A stretch of DNA of 64,000 bases. It comes from Parasitella parasitica NRRL 2501 (taxonomy: Eukaryota; Fungi; Mucoromycota). Below are positions 11,406 to 24,094 of this stretch, piece by piece (position 1 is the stretch's first letter; each line of letters opens with the position of its first letter). Under the pieces are notes generated by a model that ran no database searches, had not been told where the DNA came from, and worked only from the letters and a program-made list of their open reading frames with translations. Location: contig MU619394.1 in the NCBI GenBank assembly GCA_025201805.1, positions 2,777 through 66,776 of the forward strand. Reading direction: 5' to 3'. The position numbers were made by a program, and so were the translations under genes.

Positions 11406-14400
11406 TTAGCATACACTGAGTGCCATTTCGACATAATTACTAGGGAATACACCTTCAACGAAAGAGCCATCCGATTCTATGCAGAGTGCGTGTTAAAGAC
11501 GTGTTATATACAATGATTATAAATACAACGACTTACTGGCTGCTTTGTATCCAAACCACCAGATGTCGTCACTCGAGTCAACAACGATAATGGGATCTCC
11601 TTTCTCAAAGCCAAGTTCGCCCTTTTCACGGGCACTAAACTCAAACTTGGCATAATACAAATGTGGGTGGTTTTCAGTAGCTACTGCAAAACTGGTGTTG
11701 TTCTCGATAGCTGCTTGCATAACAGATTTGAAATCACTCTTGTACTTGCTTCTCGCCTTGGTGCTTTCTTCTGTGTTGGGTACCTTTTTAGATGTCAGAT
11801 ATTCCTCTACCATTCGCTTCGATGCAGCTCTTCCATCAAGAGCATTCACTCCGGATGGCGAAGGCGTTGCACGAACGTTTGTTAGAGCTGGCACATTCCC
11901 TTGGCTCTGTTGCTGCTGCGTCTCCATTGTTTCTTCATCAATGAATGCTCGTAATTCGTCCAGAGCATGGCTGGGAACCCCTTGATCCTTGACTTCAACC
12001 TGATCATCAATAGGCTCAGCCAGCTTGGTCTCATCAGCAGCAGAAGAAGAGTGCGATGTATTGACTACGGGCTTAAACTTGTCAGATTTTTTGGTCGGTG
12101 TGGGTGGCACAGATGCTTCAGAAAGGTAGTACTCGTCAAGAGAACCATCGTCGGTTGCTACATGAGCAGATCTACGAGTTACCATGGCTGAAGCCGGCTC
12201 GACGAATAGAGGAGCATGCACAGTTTCAATGGGCGAACCTGCCTTGGCCGTCTTCCAACGAACAGCCGAGTCATCTGTCTCGGTATCTTGACGAGCCGTG
12301 TCAATAGGAGCAAGAGATCCGGCATCAGAGAGTCGGAAGGCATCAGCATTCATGACTGTGCCGGCATACAATGTCGAATCGTTTTTGAGACGGGGAGTGG
12401 GTGCAATGCTGCTCAAGCCAAGCTTGGTTTTGTCCTGAGACACGTTGTAAGAGTTGGAGTTGTCGCTATTGTCTTCGTTGGGCTCGACAAGCTCAATGGT
12501 AGCCACTGCCTTGTTCTTTTCAGCAGATGGCGCGTTTGTCCAGCGAGCGATAGCAGGGTCACTAGAGAAGGCTCCGCCAGACTGGAACGAATTGTACAGG
12601 CTGGATTTGGTCAGTGCAGCAGGCTTCTCGAGAGGATAGTTGTCATACAGCTCATTAGAGACTACAGGCTCGACAGTAGCCACGCCAACAGCGCCCTCTG
12701 TGTTGCAGTTGGTCCATCTCACATTGGAAGCAGGAGCTTTGTACGAGTTTGCAGTAGCGGAGTTTTGGTTTGCGTGCATTAAAACATCTTCTGATGAATG
12801 GGTTGTTGGGACAGGAGGCATAGCTGGGATCACGATAGCTGTGCCTACTGCATCCTTGCTGCTGGGAGCTTTTGTCCATCTCACTTTTTCCGCTTTCTCT
12901 GCTACGACAGCACCAGGTCCGTAAACGGGGTCGATAAGAGAAGAAGAGCCGCCTGACGATCGAACAAAAGATATGGGCTTTACGACAGCTGTGCTCTTGG
13001 CAGCATTAGCTGACGAAGCGTTTGTCCAGCGGACGTTTTCGGGAGCAGGTGTCACAGCAATAGTCGATGTCTCTGGTGGTGCAATGTTGCTGTAGGTGAC
13101 AGTTTGTGGCAGTGATCTTTCAGAGCTGGTAGGGCTACTGCGGCTATTGTCGTGATTGTTGTTGAAGGCAGCTGCAGCAGCGCCAGAAGCGACAATGGAC
13201 TCGTCTCCGGAAATAGCCAAGCCGATTTCAGAGCTTCTGAATGGATTGAAAGGACTGAAACGACGGAATTCAAACATCTCCCGATTGGGAGTAGTTGTGT
13301 ACTCATTGTTGTAGAAAGAGCCGTTGTTGGAGCTTCGTTGAGAGCTACCATAGGGATTAGCAAAAGTCTCGGAACGGCCAGCATCATGAGAGACAGCAGG
13401 AGAGGATATAATAGTTTCGTTACTGTTGGGAGACTGATAGTTGGTACTGTGTTGATGTGGATTTTGAGCAAAAGACCTAGGGTGAGCAGTTGGAGGCAGA
13501 GGGGCAGCTCTTGCAGTCGTGGTAGCAACGGCACCGCTATTGGCCGTGTTGTTGTACGGAGACAATGTTTGTTCGTGCAGGCGTTCTTGACTAAGCGATT
13601 TAGACATGTTGTACAGCTGCTGGTTCTCTGGCTGAAGGTGGCGGGATTTCTCATTGCCGCCATCTTCCTTTTCATATTTTTCATCATCGAGAGTGTTTGC
13701 TTTCAGCGAGGCTATAATGTCCTTGGGTGAGCGTGGAGGGTTTCCGTAATACGTGTTGGGGTTTGTCTGGGGGTTGATTTTGCTGTCTCTCTTTCGCTTA
13801 AAGTAGACATATAGCATGCAGAGCAGAACAATCAGGAATACAATGCCCAACGAGATGGCAATCGACACGATGATGACTAAGGGTTGCGCCATGCTTCCGC
13901 CTGCATTCAGCGAGCTTGTGAAGAATAGTGCTGGATCGACGTAAAAGATGCTGTTCAAACCAGAGCTGACGTCGCCATTGGCATCAGAGGTGACCAGATA
14001 AGGGGTCCATTCATCGCCATCAAAGAAGGCTGCGCTGACATTACCAAGCTCTCCCAAGTTGATGAATCCAGATACCAAAAGCACGCTTTGAGCCGACGAA
14101 TTGGCAGTAATCACAGGCAACATGGATAAGCCAGCGATAGAGCTACCAGGCCCCAGCTCCTTTCTGGGAGCAATGAACTGTTGGCCATCCCAAATGCGAA
14201 TGTATGCAGCAGCAGGAGCATCGCTGCTTTGGCCAGACACATAGACCTGCTTAGTGATGCTGTTGTAGGAGATGCTGGAGGAAGGACCGGGAAGATCGGC
14301 AGTTCCAAATGGGCCCCAAGTATTATTAGCAAAGTCATACTCGGCAATAGCGAGAGGGGAGTTGTTCAGACTGATGTTGCCAGCAGCAACCAGCTTCCCA

Positions 14401-17400
14401 TTGATGAATTGGACATCGCTGACTTGGCCTAAAAGGCCGGAGCCAAGCGTACTCCATTGCAGGCTGGTAGTATTGATCGAGCAAATAGAAGAGCACGGCA
14501 TGGAGCCCACAGACGTAAAGTTTCCTCCGACAATCATGGTATTTTGGCTAGACACATGGCGGATAATGTTGACAGATGCAGGAGACCCATCCAGCGTCTT
14601 GACTTCAGGCCCAAGTGATAGCGCCTTGCTGCTCAAATTAAATACGGCTAAATTGTTGCTGCTGGGTCCAGTGAAGCGACCACCCACGTAGAGCAAATCG
14701 TTGTTGACGGCCATCGTATTGATGGTGCCTTGCCAGTCTGCGCCTTGAACTCCGCTCCAGACACCATTCTCGTAAATAGCGACATTCTGGATATTGCCAG
14801 ACAAGGTAAACTGGCCACCAAAAATAGCTGCATGGGTGCTGTTGCTACTCTCTGTCGAGACATCTCTTTTGGCCAGCTTTGAGGCGGTGTGTTCCTTTGT
14901 ATAGAGCACGCCGACACGAATAGAAGAGTTACTACTACCTCCAGGATAGAATGCATCGAAAGGCGACAGGGTAGAGTCTTTTGAAATGAATGAAATGCCT
15001 CGAGATTGGTATCGTTGCGCACTTTTAATGCTGCCAATAAAGTAGTCGTTTTTGTTAAAGTTGATGATGGAATAGACCACGCCTGACAAGTAAGGTATGT
15101 CGGAAGTTGTGTCCCATAGATTACGCTCTGTACTCCAAATAGCTGTGCCAGCAGTGCTGTTTGAATAGGCTTCGTTGCTCGTTTTCAACAATTGCGAAAA
15201 TTCGCCAGAGACAACGATCGATTGCTTGTCTTTGATCCAATTCATTGCCTTGACAGGTCCATCGACGCCCTATTAGAAAGAAGAAGAAGAAAGAAAAAAT
15301 TGCAATATTAGTGAATCAAGTTCTGTAGTCTGAATGCAATATGTGAGCTTACTCCATGCAATGCGCTCCAGGTGCCTTTCTGGATATCGTAGCGTGCGAC
15401 ATTAGATAAATTATCGCTACTCGTTGTATTCGTTCCTGCGAGTTTTGCAAACGATCCTCCAACGTACAACTCTGCAAATGACGTTGTGTGTCAATTAACA
15501 CATCTAATTCTAACGTTTATAAAGTCTTCACTTACCATTATCAGTGCAAACAAGAGATTCAACAGTGCCGCCAACGCCCTCGTTTTGCAATGCTTTCAGC
15601 TGACCGATATTCGTATCGTATTTGACAACATTGGTGTATTTGGTCTTTGATTTGTCGGTGCCTGTAAAACTTCCTGCAATGTAAACGCCGTCGCTGGACA
15701 AGGCCATGCTTTTGACAATAGAGTTGCTAGACATAGCATCTATATATGGTGATGTTAATCTACAAGGTCGAGACTGATAATCAAGCGCCAAAAATGCACA
15801 TACCTGGTAACTGGCCCCATGGAATAGACGTGGCATTGATGACAGGCTTGCTGATGTTGTATTGAATTATGCTCGAGAGCGCATCCACAGATGGAATTTT
15901 GATAAACTGGACGGCATGGGCAGCAAAGGTCATGGTGGCATTGCCAGAGAATGTCGTATTTTTGCCCAGCTCAAGTCGAACGCTTGGTGTGAAGCTAGAC
16001 GACACTACGAAATAGCCAGTGAAGATGGACTGACTGAGAACTGAGGAGGGCGTAACAGTGGTTGTATTTGGCTTTTCAAAGGGAGATGCTGATACAGTTG
16101 CATCGACATCGGTACGCCCAACACAATTATCGGTTGCGCATCCAGGAGAATAGAGCAGAACTTGGTATATGCCAGATTCCGCTATGTTGGGGTAAAATGT
16201 CACTGAAGGCGGCGATGCCAAGTCTGCTTTGGAAACTTGGTTTAGTAGATAGGGAATGCTGGTGTTTGATGAAGCCCAGTCTCCCACTGCTGATATCTTG
16301 GGGAGCAGTGTGTTGTTGTTTGTGATGGTCGTAGGAGCACAGATGTTCGTGCCTGGGGGGTCGACAGCATAAGCAAAAATTTCTAGAAATGCAAAAAGAG
16401 TTGGCAAAACATTTAGCAGCAAAGGTGAACATGTACATGCCTGACTGAAACACTTTGACAGATGCCAAGCCGCCACCAACGCCATACCAAGAGTTGATGT
16501 CGATTGCAATGCCACTCGCCAATGATATATTAGTGATTCTGAAATCTTGGTGCAAGACGTTTGTATTGTTTGAGAGAGAGCAGTTTGTCGAACAGGTTTT
16601 TGTGAGATTTGTGTCTGGGTCAAAATAGGAAAGCTGATATGTGGTTGCATCTGTTAACGATCGAATGCTGTTGTAATAGGCAAAAAGAGTTAGTATTTAC
16701 TCCTGTCAGAGATTTTCCCTCTCACTCGCTCTCGCTCTCCCTCCCTGCCATGCACTCCTTAAAAACAAAAAATACGCACGAAAATTGATTTGTTTGATGA
16801 TCTCTCAGTTTTGAGTTGGAAATTCGAATCAAGACTGGATTCACGCTGTATTCGAGAAAAGTTACTTGCCATGTGCCCTTGACGCCATCAGACAGAATCC
16901 AAGGGCTGGCATTGGTAACGTCTGCGCAGACGATGGATCCGGGGGTCGCAGAATTCGACGCAGTATTTGTAGCTGTTACACTCTAAAAAAAAAAAAAAGT
17001 TGTGGTCGTCAAATTAGTGCAGCATGTAAAAAAAAAGGGGAATTTCATTGTTATTTTTAATTACTTACTGCTGATGATAGACGGATTGGCTGTGTTGCAG
17101 GTGCGTGGTAGGGCTGCCCGTCGGTAGTAGCGTTGAACTCGCCTGCAAATAGCATCGAGTTTTTGTTGGATTTAATGATGGAATAGACTGGCCCATTAAC
17201 ACCCTTCCACGGCAGTCCTTGCCATTGATCATTCTTCCAGAGAGCAATACCGCCTCCAAATTGGGAAAGCGAGTCCGAATAATTGATCATGGAAATATCA
17301 ACGGGTGCAATGAATGAACCACCAACGTACAGCTGCTGATTGGCTGTATCACAATAAAGGCTATGAACGGGCCCGTCGAGACCGTATTTCAATGGCCTCA

Positions 17401-17758
17401 GTTGGTTGATTTTGAGGTCGATCGACGCAATGTTGTTGACGCTTTGTCCCTTGATGGTGGAAAAATTACCGGCAATGAACAGCTTGTTGGAGAGCATGCA
17501 GGCGTCGTAGATGGATCCATTGATGTTTGATGATGCAATCAGCCTGAGGGTGTCGTTCGAGAGAGAAACGACAGATGAGGTCGATCTTGGGATTTGTGTT
17601 AGTTGTTTGGTGTCTTTGTACAGCGATATCCCGCTATACGATCCTGAAATACCCAGCCTCTCGACAGGATCAAAGTTGATGTTGGGATGTGTAACAAACG
17701 ATGCGAGGCAGATGTTTATCGCTGCTGACAGTAGAATGTAGAATAAGCCTGCTGTCAT
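11406..17758 (-). CDS. RAX2: Rax2-like cell-polarity type I membrane protein with C-terminal SH3 domain
   Basis: Signal peptide, repeated beta-propeller-like LYVGGxF blades, WTPYLVTS and the TM segment LVIIVSIAISLGIVFLIVLLCMLYVYF. SH3 YYAKFEFSAREKGELGFEKGD...DDIWWFG is completed by a last exon GVFPSNYVE (stop 11406-11408). Confidence 0.88.
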
Positions 17759-17773
17759 TTATGTGCGTGAGTC

Positions 17774-17824
17774 TGTGTGTGTGTGTTTGCGTATTTGTAT
17801 ATGTATGTATGTATGTATGTATGT
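17774..17824. repeat. (TG)n and (ATGT)6 microsatellites just upstream of the RAX2 start
   Basis: Directly visible: tgtgtgtgtgtgt at 17774-17786 and atgt x6 at 17801-17824. Confidence 0.9.
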
Positions 17825-19600
17825 TGGTTTATTTCAATGGGTAAAATGTTGGTACAAGTATATATATCGGTGGAATTAGCTCGATCAGGATTATATCATC
17901 AATAATCCTCTGCAAGCGTCAATTAGAGAAAGCAAAAAGGAAGGGAAATAAACGAACGGATGGGGATTTCAGACAATAAAAGCGCAAGCAAAAGAGAAAA
18001 AAAAAAAGAAGGAGAGAATGGGTTAAAAATAATGAAATAATAAATGAGAATAACAAAAGGAGTCTTGGTTGGTCAATAAAAAGGTGGTGTTATACAAGAA
18101 TTGGAAGGGTTACAATTACAGAACAGAGTAAATTGGCACATGTTTATTTGGCATTAGGGCAACACCGCTTAATGTCACACTAGTTAAACTACATTTATAA
18201 CTGGGCTTTTTGTTTGCTTCAAAATGAGCACATACAGCAGAACCACCGACACAAATGACGGCTCATTTTTAATGTGCTTTGCAAGATGCAGGTGTTGATA
18301 TAAAGTTCCATTTCACCAGGAATTTGGAAGATTATCCCTGTCAATTTGTTTAAATTAAAATTTATGAGGAATCGATGTAATTGATCATGCTACTACTGTA
18401 TTACTTTGGACGCGATTTTTCTCGATAATTCATTGTTTTGCTGTGCCACCATATCAAGGAGCATAGTCCACTGTAAAGATGGTTGGTAAAACATATAAAA
18501 GCTGCACTCAAAGAAGCGTCTTGTTACTTAATAAAGGGTCTATAATTCTCTTGTCAAAGATCTTTTTTCATGAAATCAGCAGGATAGACACAAAAAAACA
18601 GGGGGAGATAAAAGGCATGAATGATGATCTAGTATATTCTAGCTTTATCATTAGACTCTTCTACTCGTAAACTCTTGGCATGATAGGTCCAAACATAAGC
18701 CTACATGTATAATCGACTGAAAAAATCTTTTGCTGCTCTATGGATCCAGCAGTAGCATGACATGGCCATGAAAGACCTTTATATTTGTATCTTTAGATAA
18801 CATGTTTACATGTATTTGTCAAAGTCATTGTAAACAACGATAATAGAACCGATAAGAGCAGGAAATTGCTAATAAAGCCTTCCTACAAGCTTAATAATAT
18901 GCTACTGGCTTTTTAAATTTAGAGCGACCAGTGTCAGTAATTTACTTTTAAAGCGAAGATTGTTATGAAGCAGGCATTTGTGCTCTAACGGTTTATGCGT
19001 CAAAAGGGCTCACATCATATACTATATACAAATCTATCACTGACAAATGGGCCGTGTTGTTATAAGAGGTACGATATTCTGGAGTTTATACACGCACCGT
19101 TTTTCCTTGCATATTTAACTATTCATTGCATGTCTTCACAACTGACCACATTTGCTTTGAAATCCAATAAGAGCACGCTTGGAGGTGCTACTCGAGCAGA
19201 ACCAACTTTTTCGAGGTGCTGATCTTCTCAGTCGCCTATTGCTCTACGGGCAAAACATCAAGTGCCCAATTCAAAGTCGTAACTACAGAGTTGTGTTGTA
19301 TAAATATGAACAGAAAGAAATCCGTAATCTGAATATGATATGCCATTTGGAAATAGTGCGAGCACTTAATTAAAGTTCGTTTATTAGTGCGTGTTCTGAT
19401 TACTGTTCGTCTAGAGGAGTTGAGCTTTTTGAACGCTCAGAAGCTTTAGATGTGTGATATGTTTTCTATTAACGCATTTGATATGATAACGAAGCACCAC
19501 TGTAAAGATTTGAGGAAATTAGCTCAAAAAGCCTAAGGTCCGGTGAAAAGTTGCGAGCGAAATTTTAATGCAAGCAATCGCAACTTGTTGAAAGATTCGA

Positions 19601-20440
19601 CAGGGCAAGAGGAGTATCAGAGCGTAGACAAAGCAAACCTAGTGGGGTCCCACAAAAATTGGTAGATCCAGAAGGATGTTTGGGAGTCTCCTAGATAAAC
19701 CCAAGCTACTGATCAAATTTCCGTAATACAAGCTTCAATATAATTGATATCCATTCAAAGAATAAGAGGGCGGTGGAAATGCGGAGTGTCTCCTAGATAA
19801 AATTGACGCCAATTGTAATGTCTTTGTGGAGCAAGCTTCAATGTTATTAATTGTGTTTGGCGAAAAAATGACAGAGCAAGGGAACATCAGAGCGTGGACA
19901 AAGCAAACCCGGCTGAATACTACAAAGTAGCATAGATCCAGAGGTGTGTTTGAGAGTCTCTTAGATAAACCCAAGTACTAATCAAATCTTCGTTACCCCA
20001 AACATCAATACAATAAATATCAGCCTCAAAAATATACAAGGCGAATAATATCAGAGTGGCTATGGCAATCCAGGGGCTACCTCCCAATCTTTGCCTGACT
20101 GGCCACAACACGATCGATCTAAGCTTGAAAGAGAGAAGGAGCGAAGTAAATGCGGGAGTGTCTCCAAGATAAAATAGACGCCAATTGTAATGTCTTTGTG
20201 GAGCAAGCTTCAATGTCATTAATTGTGTTTGGCGAAAAATGGCAGAGCAGGGGAGCATCAGAGCGTGGACAAAGCAAATCCGGCTGAACACTGCAAAGTA
20301 GCATAGATCCAGAGGAGTGTTTGAGAGTCTCTTAGATAAACCCAAGTACTAATCAAATCTTCGTTACCCCAAACATCAATACAACAAATATCAGCTTCAA
20401 AGATATACAAGACGGATAATATCAGAGTGTCTCGTGGCAA
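19601..20440. repeat. Tandem direct repeat: one partial and two near-complete ~290-bp copies
   Basis: Anchor ATCAGAGCGTRGACAAAGCAAA at 19616, 19886 and 20257 (spacing 270 and 371). Copies ~19777-20069 and ~20148-20440 are highly similar. Confidence 0.92.
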
Positions 20441-20724
20441 GTTCTAAGGCTGTTCTTCATGTCTTTGCACTTAGGCGCAAGTGTCGCTATTGACTCCAAT
20501 AATCAATGGAAATGTGATAGGGTATATAAACAAACTTACAACTTTACGATTGACCAAATTGACACTATTGATTTACGCAGCATTGCTTCCATGCGAATAA
20601 TACATCAAATACTTACTTTTTGTTATCGTTTAGTTGGTGAGCAGTAGGAAGAAACAAAGCATTTTTATTGTACTGGTGTTCATTTGCAGGGAGTGACTCG
20701 TGTCAATGGAATGGCACGCTATAA

Positions 20725-22692
20725 ATGCACGATCAATTTATGCAGCAACCCTTTTGCCAACAAATGGAATTATTAGAAGCTTATGTTACTGAAAGCAATT
20801 CAAATGAAATTGTCTTTAGCAAATTTATCCAGGAAAAACATGAGGCGGTTATAAATTATCTAGCTTCAGTGACCATAGATAAACAAAGTGTGAAAAACGG
20901 CGATGTGGAACACCTGCTTTCTCGTATCTTCATGTCATTCAAAAAACGAAACACGAATCCCAAGCTCTTGGTTAGTGTTTAGGGCAAGTGATATAGTCAA
21001 AAGCTATTAATGTGCGTTTTTCTAGTACATAATGGACAGATATAAAGTAGGATGGGATACAGTCATGGAAGATTTAGAAAAGGTACCCATAAATTGGACA
21101 CCATTTAATGAATTGAATAGTCTGACAACAGTCAACAGGCACGAGTGGCACAGACAGAGTCTGAAGTAAGAAGACTAGCTAATAAACGACGAAAGACGCA
21201 TTTGTATTTGCACCTTAACGAAAACAGCTATGTGGAAAGTCTCATCAACGTATGTATTAGGTTGAAATATGTGTATCAACGGTCTAATGGAATATAGCAA
21301 GGTGCCACCATTATCAATGCAGAAGATGATGTTTTCAAGACTGGACTCCCCTTTGACTTTTTAACTGTGAAAAATGATATCAGATTATGGCGAGATGCAG
21401 CTCAAAGAGTTGACAAGTTGTCAAAACAAGAGTGAGTTGGTTAATTACCAAAGTCTGTTGATGCGAAATACCAATATGCTAAATTGCTTCGGACATGTAG
21501 CCTCTTATATTACGGAACTACTGATTTCACTAACAAATCACCAAAATCAGCAATCAAAGCAATTTTAAAAGAAAACTTTACTGTATTCAAGAATCACTTT
21601 GAAAAGCTGTATGTGTCTAATCATGACATTGAATGTACTATCAAGGTAAAGTATGTCACCCCTAGATGCATTGGAAAAAGAAACTAATCATCGAAATCTC
21701 TTCTTCCAATTCACAGATAGAAAAATTGAGCGAACTGATGTAAATTTGAAGGCATATTTTACTTGTTGAAAGAATGATTGAAACACCTCTAATTTTTGTT
21801 TCAGGAACGACCAATTCAAAGATGGCACCAATAGTTTCAAAGACGATTATATTAATGAAAGACACTACATAGCATGCTTTGTATATCCCTTGGTACAGAT
21901 AATTTTGCATGATGTGTCAAGACAACAGATCAGACAGAGATGGTAAGCTAGCTTTTGCTTGTAGAAAATATCGCTAATGTCATACACACACTTGCATAGG
22001 GGAGAGGCAAAGCTGAGTTGCTCCAAACAGGAAGAAAATAGGGCGCTAGATGATGATGATCGACGTTCCTCTGGTGCCAATATTGATGCCATTATTGATT
22101 TAAAGCAATTAAACAATATGGAATTTGTAATTGTTGAGGTCACAGGTGGACCTACAGGGAACCATCACGAGCACTTTTTAGAAGACAAGAATAAGTTAGC
22201 TAAAAACTTGAAGACCATCCTCAAATTTATCATTTCACTTCGTCCTGATCTAGCTTTGTTGGTACCCAGCTTGAAACTTTTCGGTATACAAATTTATAGT
22301 AAGTTTCCTGGTAATCAAGCATAGCTATAGGTGCACTAAACATTATATATTCTAGTGAATGAAATACATGTATACAGCATCAATAGCCCCATCAACAACA
22401 TGTACATATATCGAGAAGAAAAAAAAAATCAAAATACCCAGCATGCAAGCTTTGTTGCACATTGAAATGAAACCATTCCTACGCGAGTTGGTTGTGATCA
22501 AGGCAGGTTCAACGACATTTAAATTGTTTTGTTATATATATGATACACTAACTTGGCTTATAGAAATTTATTTTATCTAGTTGTACAAGCATCGAAGCAT
22601 TTATTCAGGCAGAAGCAGGAGAAAATGATCAGAGTACTATAAGCGCCTCCTCATCTCCATACGTGTCTCCCAGCAAAGGCAAAAGAAAATAA
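20725..22692 (+). CDS. Intron-rich lineage-specific protein with C-terminal PD-(D/E)xK restriction-endonuclease-like domain (Crinkler REase-like); one homopolymer frameshift
   Basis: Manual splicing gives NERHYIACFVYPLVQ...WGEAKL...GANIDAIIDLKQLNNMEFVIVEVTGGP...HFLEDKNKLAKNLKTIL...LKLFGIQIY...SPYVSPSKGKRK*. An A10 run at ~22419-22428 shifts the frame by +1. Confidence 0.6.
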
Positions 22693-23344
22693 TGATATTC
22701 ATAGTCATCAATGAATAGCTTTTTCATGTATGATAAATCATTTACATAAAATGAATCTTCGCTGCTTCATTCGACAATTATATCCTCTTTATCTATACAT
22801 GATTTGTTAAATGTGTGTGTCTGTGTGTGTGTGCCTCGCCTCTGACATGACTACAAACTATATTACAACACAACTCCAAAAATCTTTTTTGAATTAAAGT
22901 GATTTAATCAACACACTCGGGAACAGTTTATAGGTTATAATAATCACATAATATCAAATCTAGGCATTGCTTATATATGATAAAACTGATTGTTGTTTAC
23001 CCAAGCAATTCATGGCTCGCGTCAAATAATAATTAATTTACTAGTAATTTACCAATAGGAACTTGAAAGATCCCCTTTCATTACTTTGTTAGTAGCATAA
23101 CTTGCTATGACACAATTTTAGAGCACAACTTTATAATTATGGTCATATACAAAGCTCTAAAATAGTTGCTTGATGGAATATAGCCAGCGTAACCTTCTCG
23201 ATTCGAGAAAGAAGACACATTATGATGTCTCTGGCTGACGTTTCTGGCCATGTATTTACGGATGTTGCCATGCGTGCTAGTTGTAAAAGAGCACTGTGCT
23301 ATGTACAATCTATAAACGGCCATGCTTTAAATAATGAAGTTAAA

Positions 23345-23354
23345 NNNNNNNNNN
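23345..23354. other. Assembly gap (10 N) followed by a poly-A run
   Basis: Ns in the sequence; A tract to ~23383. Confidence 0.99.
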
Positions 23355-23355
23355 A

Positions 23356-23386
<31 letters not shown>

Positions 23387-24094
23387 GTTTGGAAACGTTC
23401 TCGACCTATTGAGTTCTGCATACAGGGATGTAAAAGATTTGCAACTTCAAAGGAAGCTGTTTCAGGATTGATTTGGCCTGAGCATTTATTGAGGTATGAC
23501 ATGATGATTTTCCAGCAGAGTTTGTGCGTCTGCATCTGATAGACGTGATATGTTATAGAACGAGCTGGTAATGCAAATTAACATTGCATCATGTGTATAT
23601 TTATTGCTGGCTAAATCCACATCTCTTCGTGCACGAGGATTTTCGTAGTAACAGCTTATGTGAGGTTATACGGATATTCCATTTATTGTCTTTTCTCTTT
23701 TAATGAAAAATAAGGCTTTGGCTCAATCCAGACTGTGCTATTCTTATAAATGTCGATTTCTACGTTGCAATTAATCGAGATATTCAGGGTGCTGTCAGGT
23801 GGTATATTGCAATTCATGAATTCTGTATCATTGCCATTTTCATTGATTTTATTATTGGAGGAGCCGACTTATTCAATACTCTCATCATTTATGTCACTTA
23901 CAATATTAAGCTAATTCTTCACTAACGTTATCCCGAATGAAGCATGAATAGCTGGGAAAAAATGCATTTACCAATGATTTGAAGCGTTTTCATATAACGC
24001 GGTGAGTTAAATGACGTCGTGGAAGCAATATTACTAAAGCATTTGGGTTTCGAGTTTGAGCAACATCGTTTTTTATATCTCTTTTTATAACATA

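Noticed and set aside
11661-17741. Many plus-strand and alternative-frame ORFs within RAX2
   Set aside because: Antisense or shifted shadows of a long, relatively GC-rich coding gene.
19601-20440. CRISPR-like array
   Set aside because: Units are 270-370 bp with only three copies in a eukaryotic genome. There are no short identical repeats with unique spacers.
19735-20440. Minus-strand ORFs MGLSKRLSNTPLDLCYF... as real genes
   Set aside because: They are by-products of the tandem repeat; frames differ between copies and no domain is recognisable.
23355-23383. Poly-A as a retroposon tail
   Set aside because: It abuts an N gap, so its length and context are unreliable, and no RT motif or TSD is visible.
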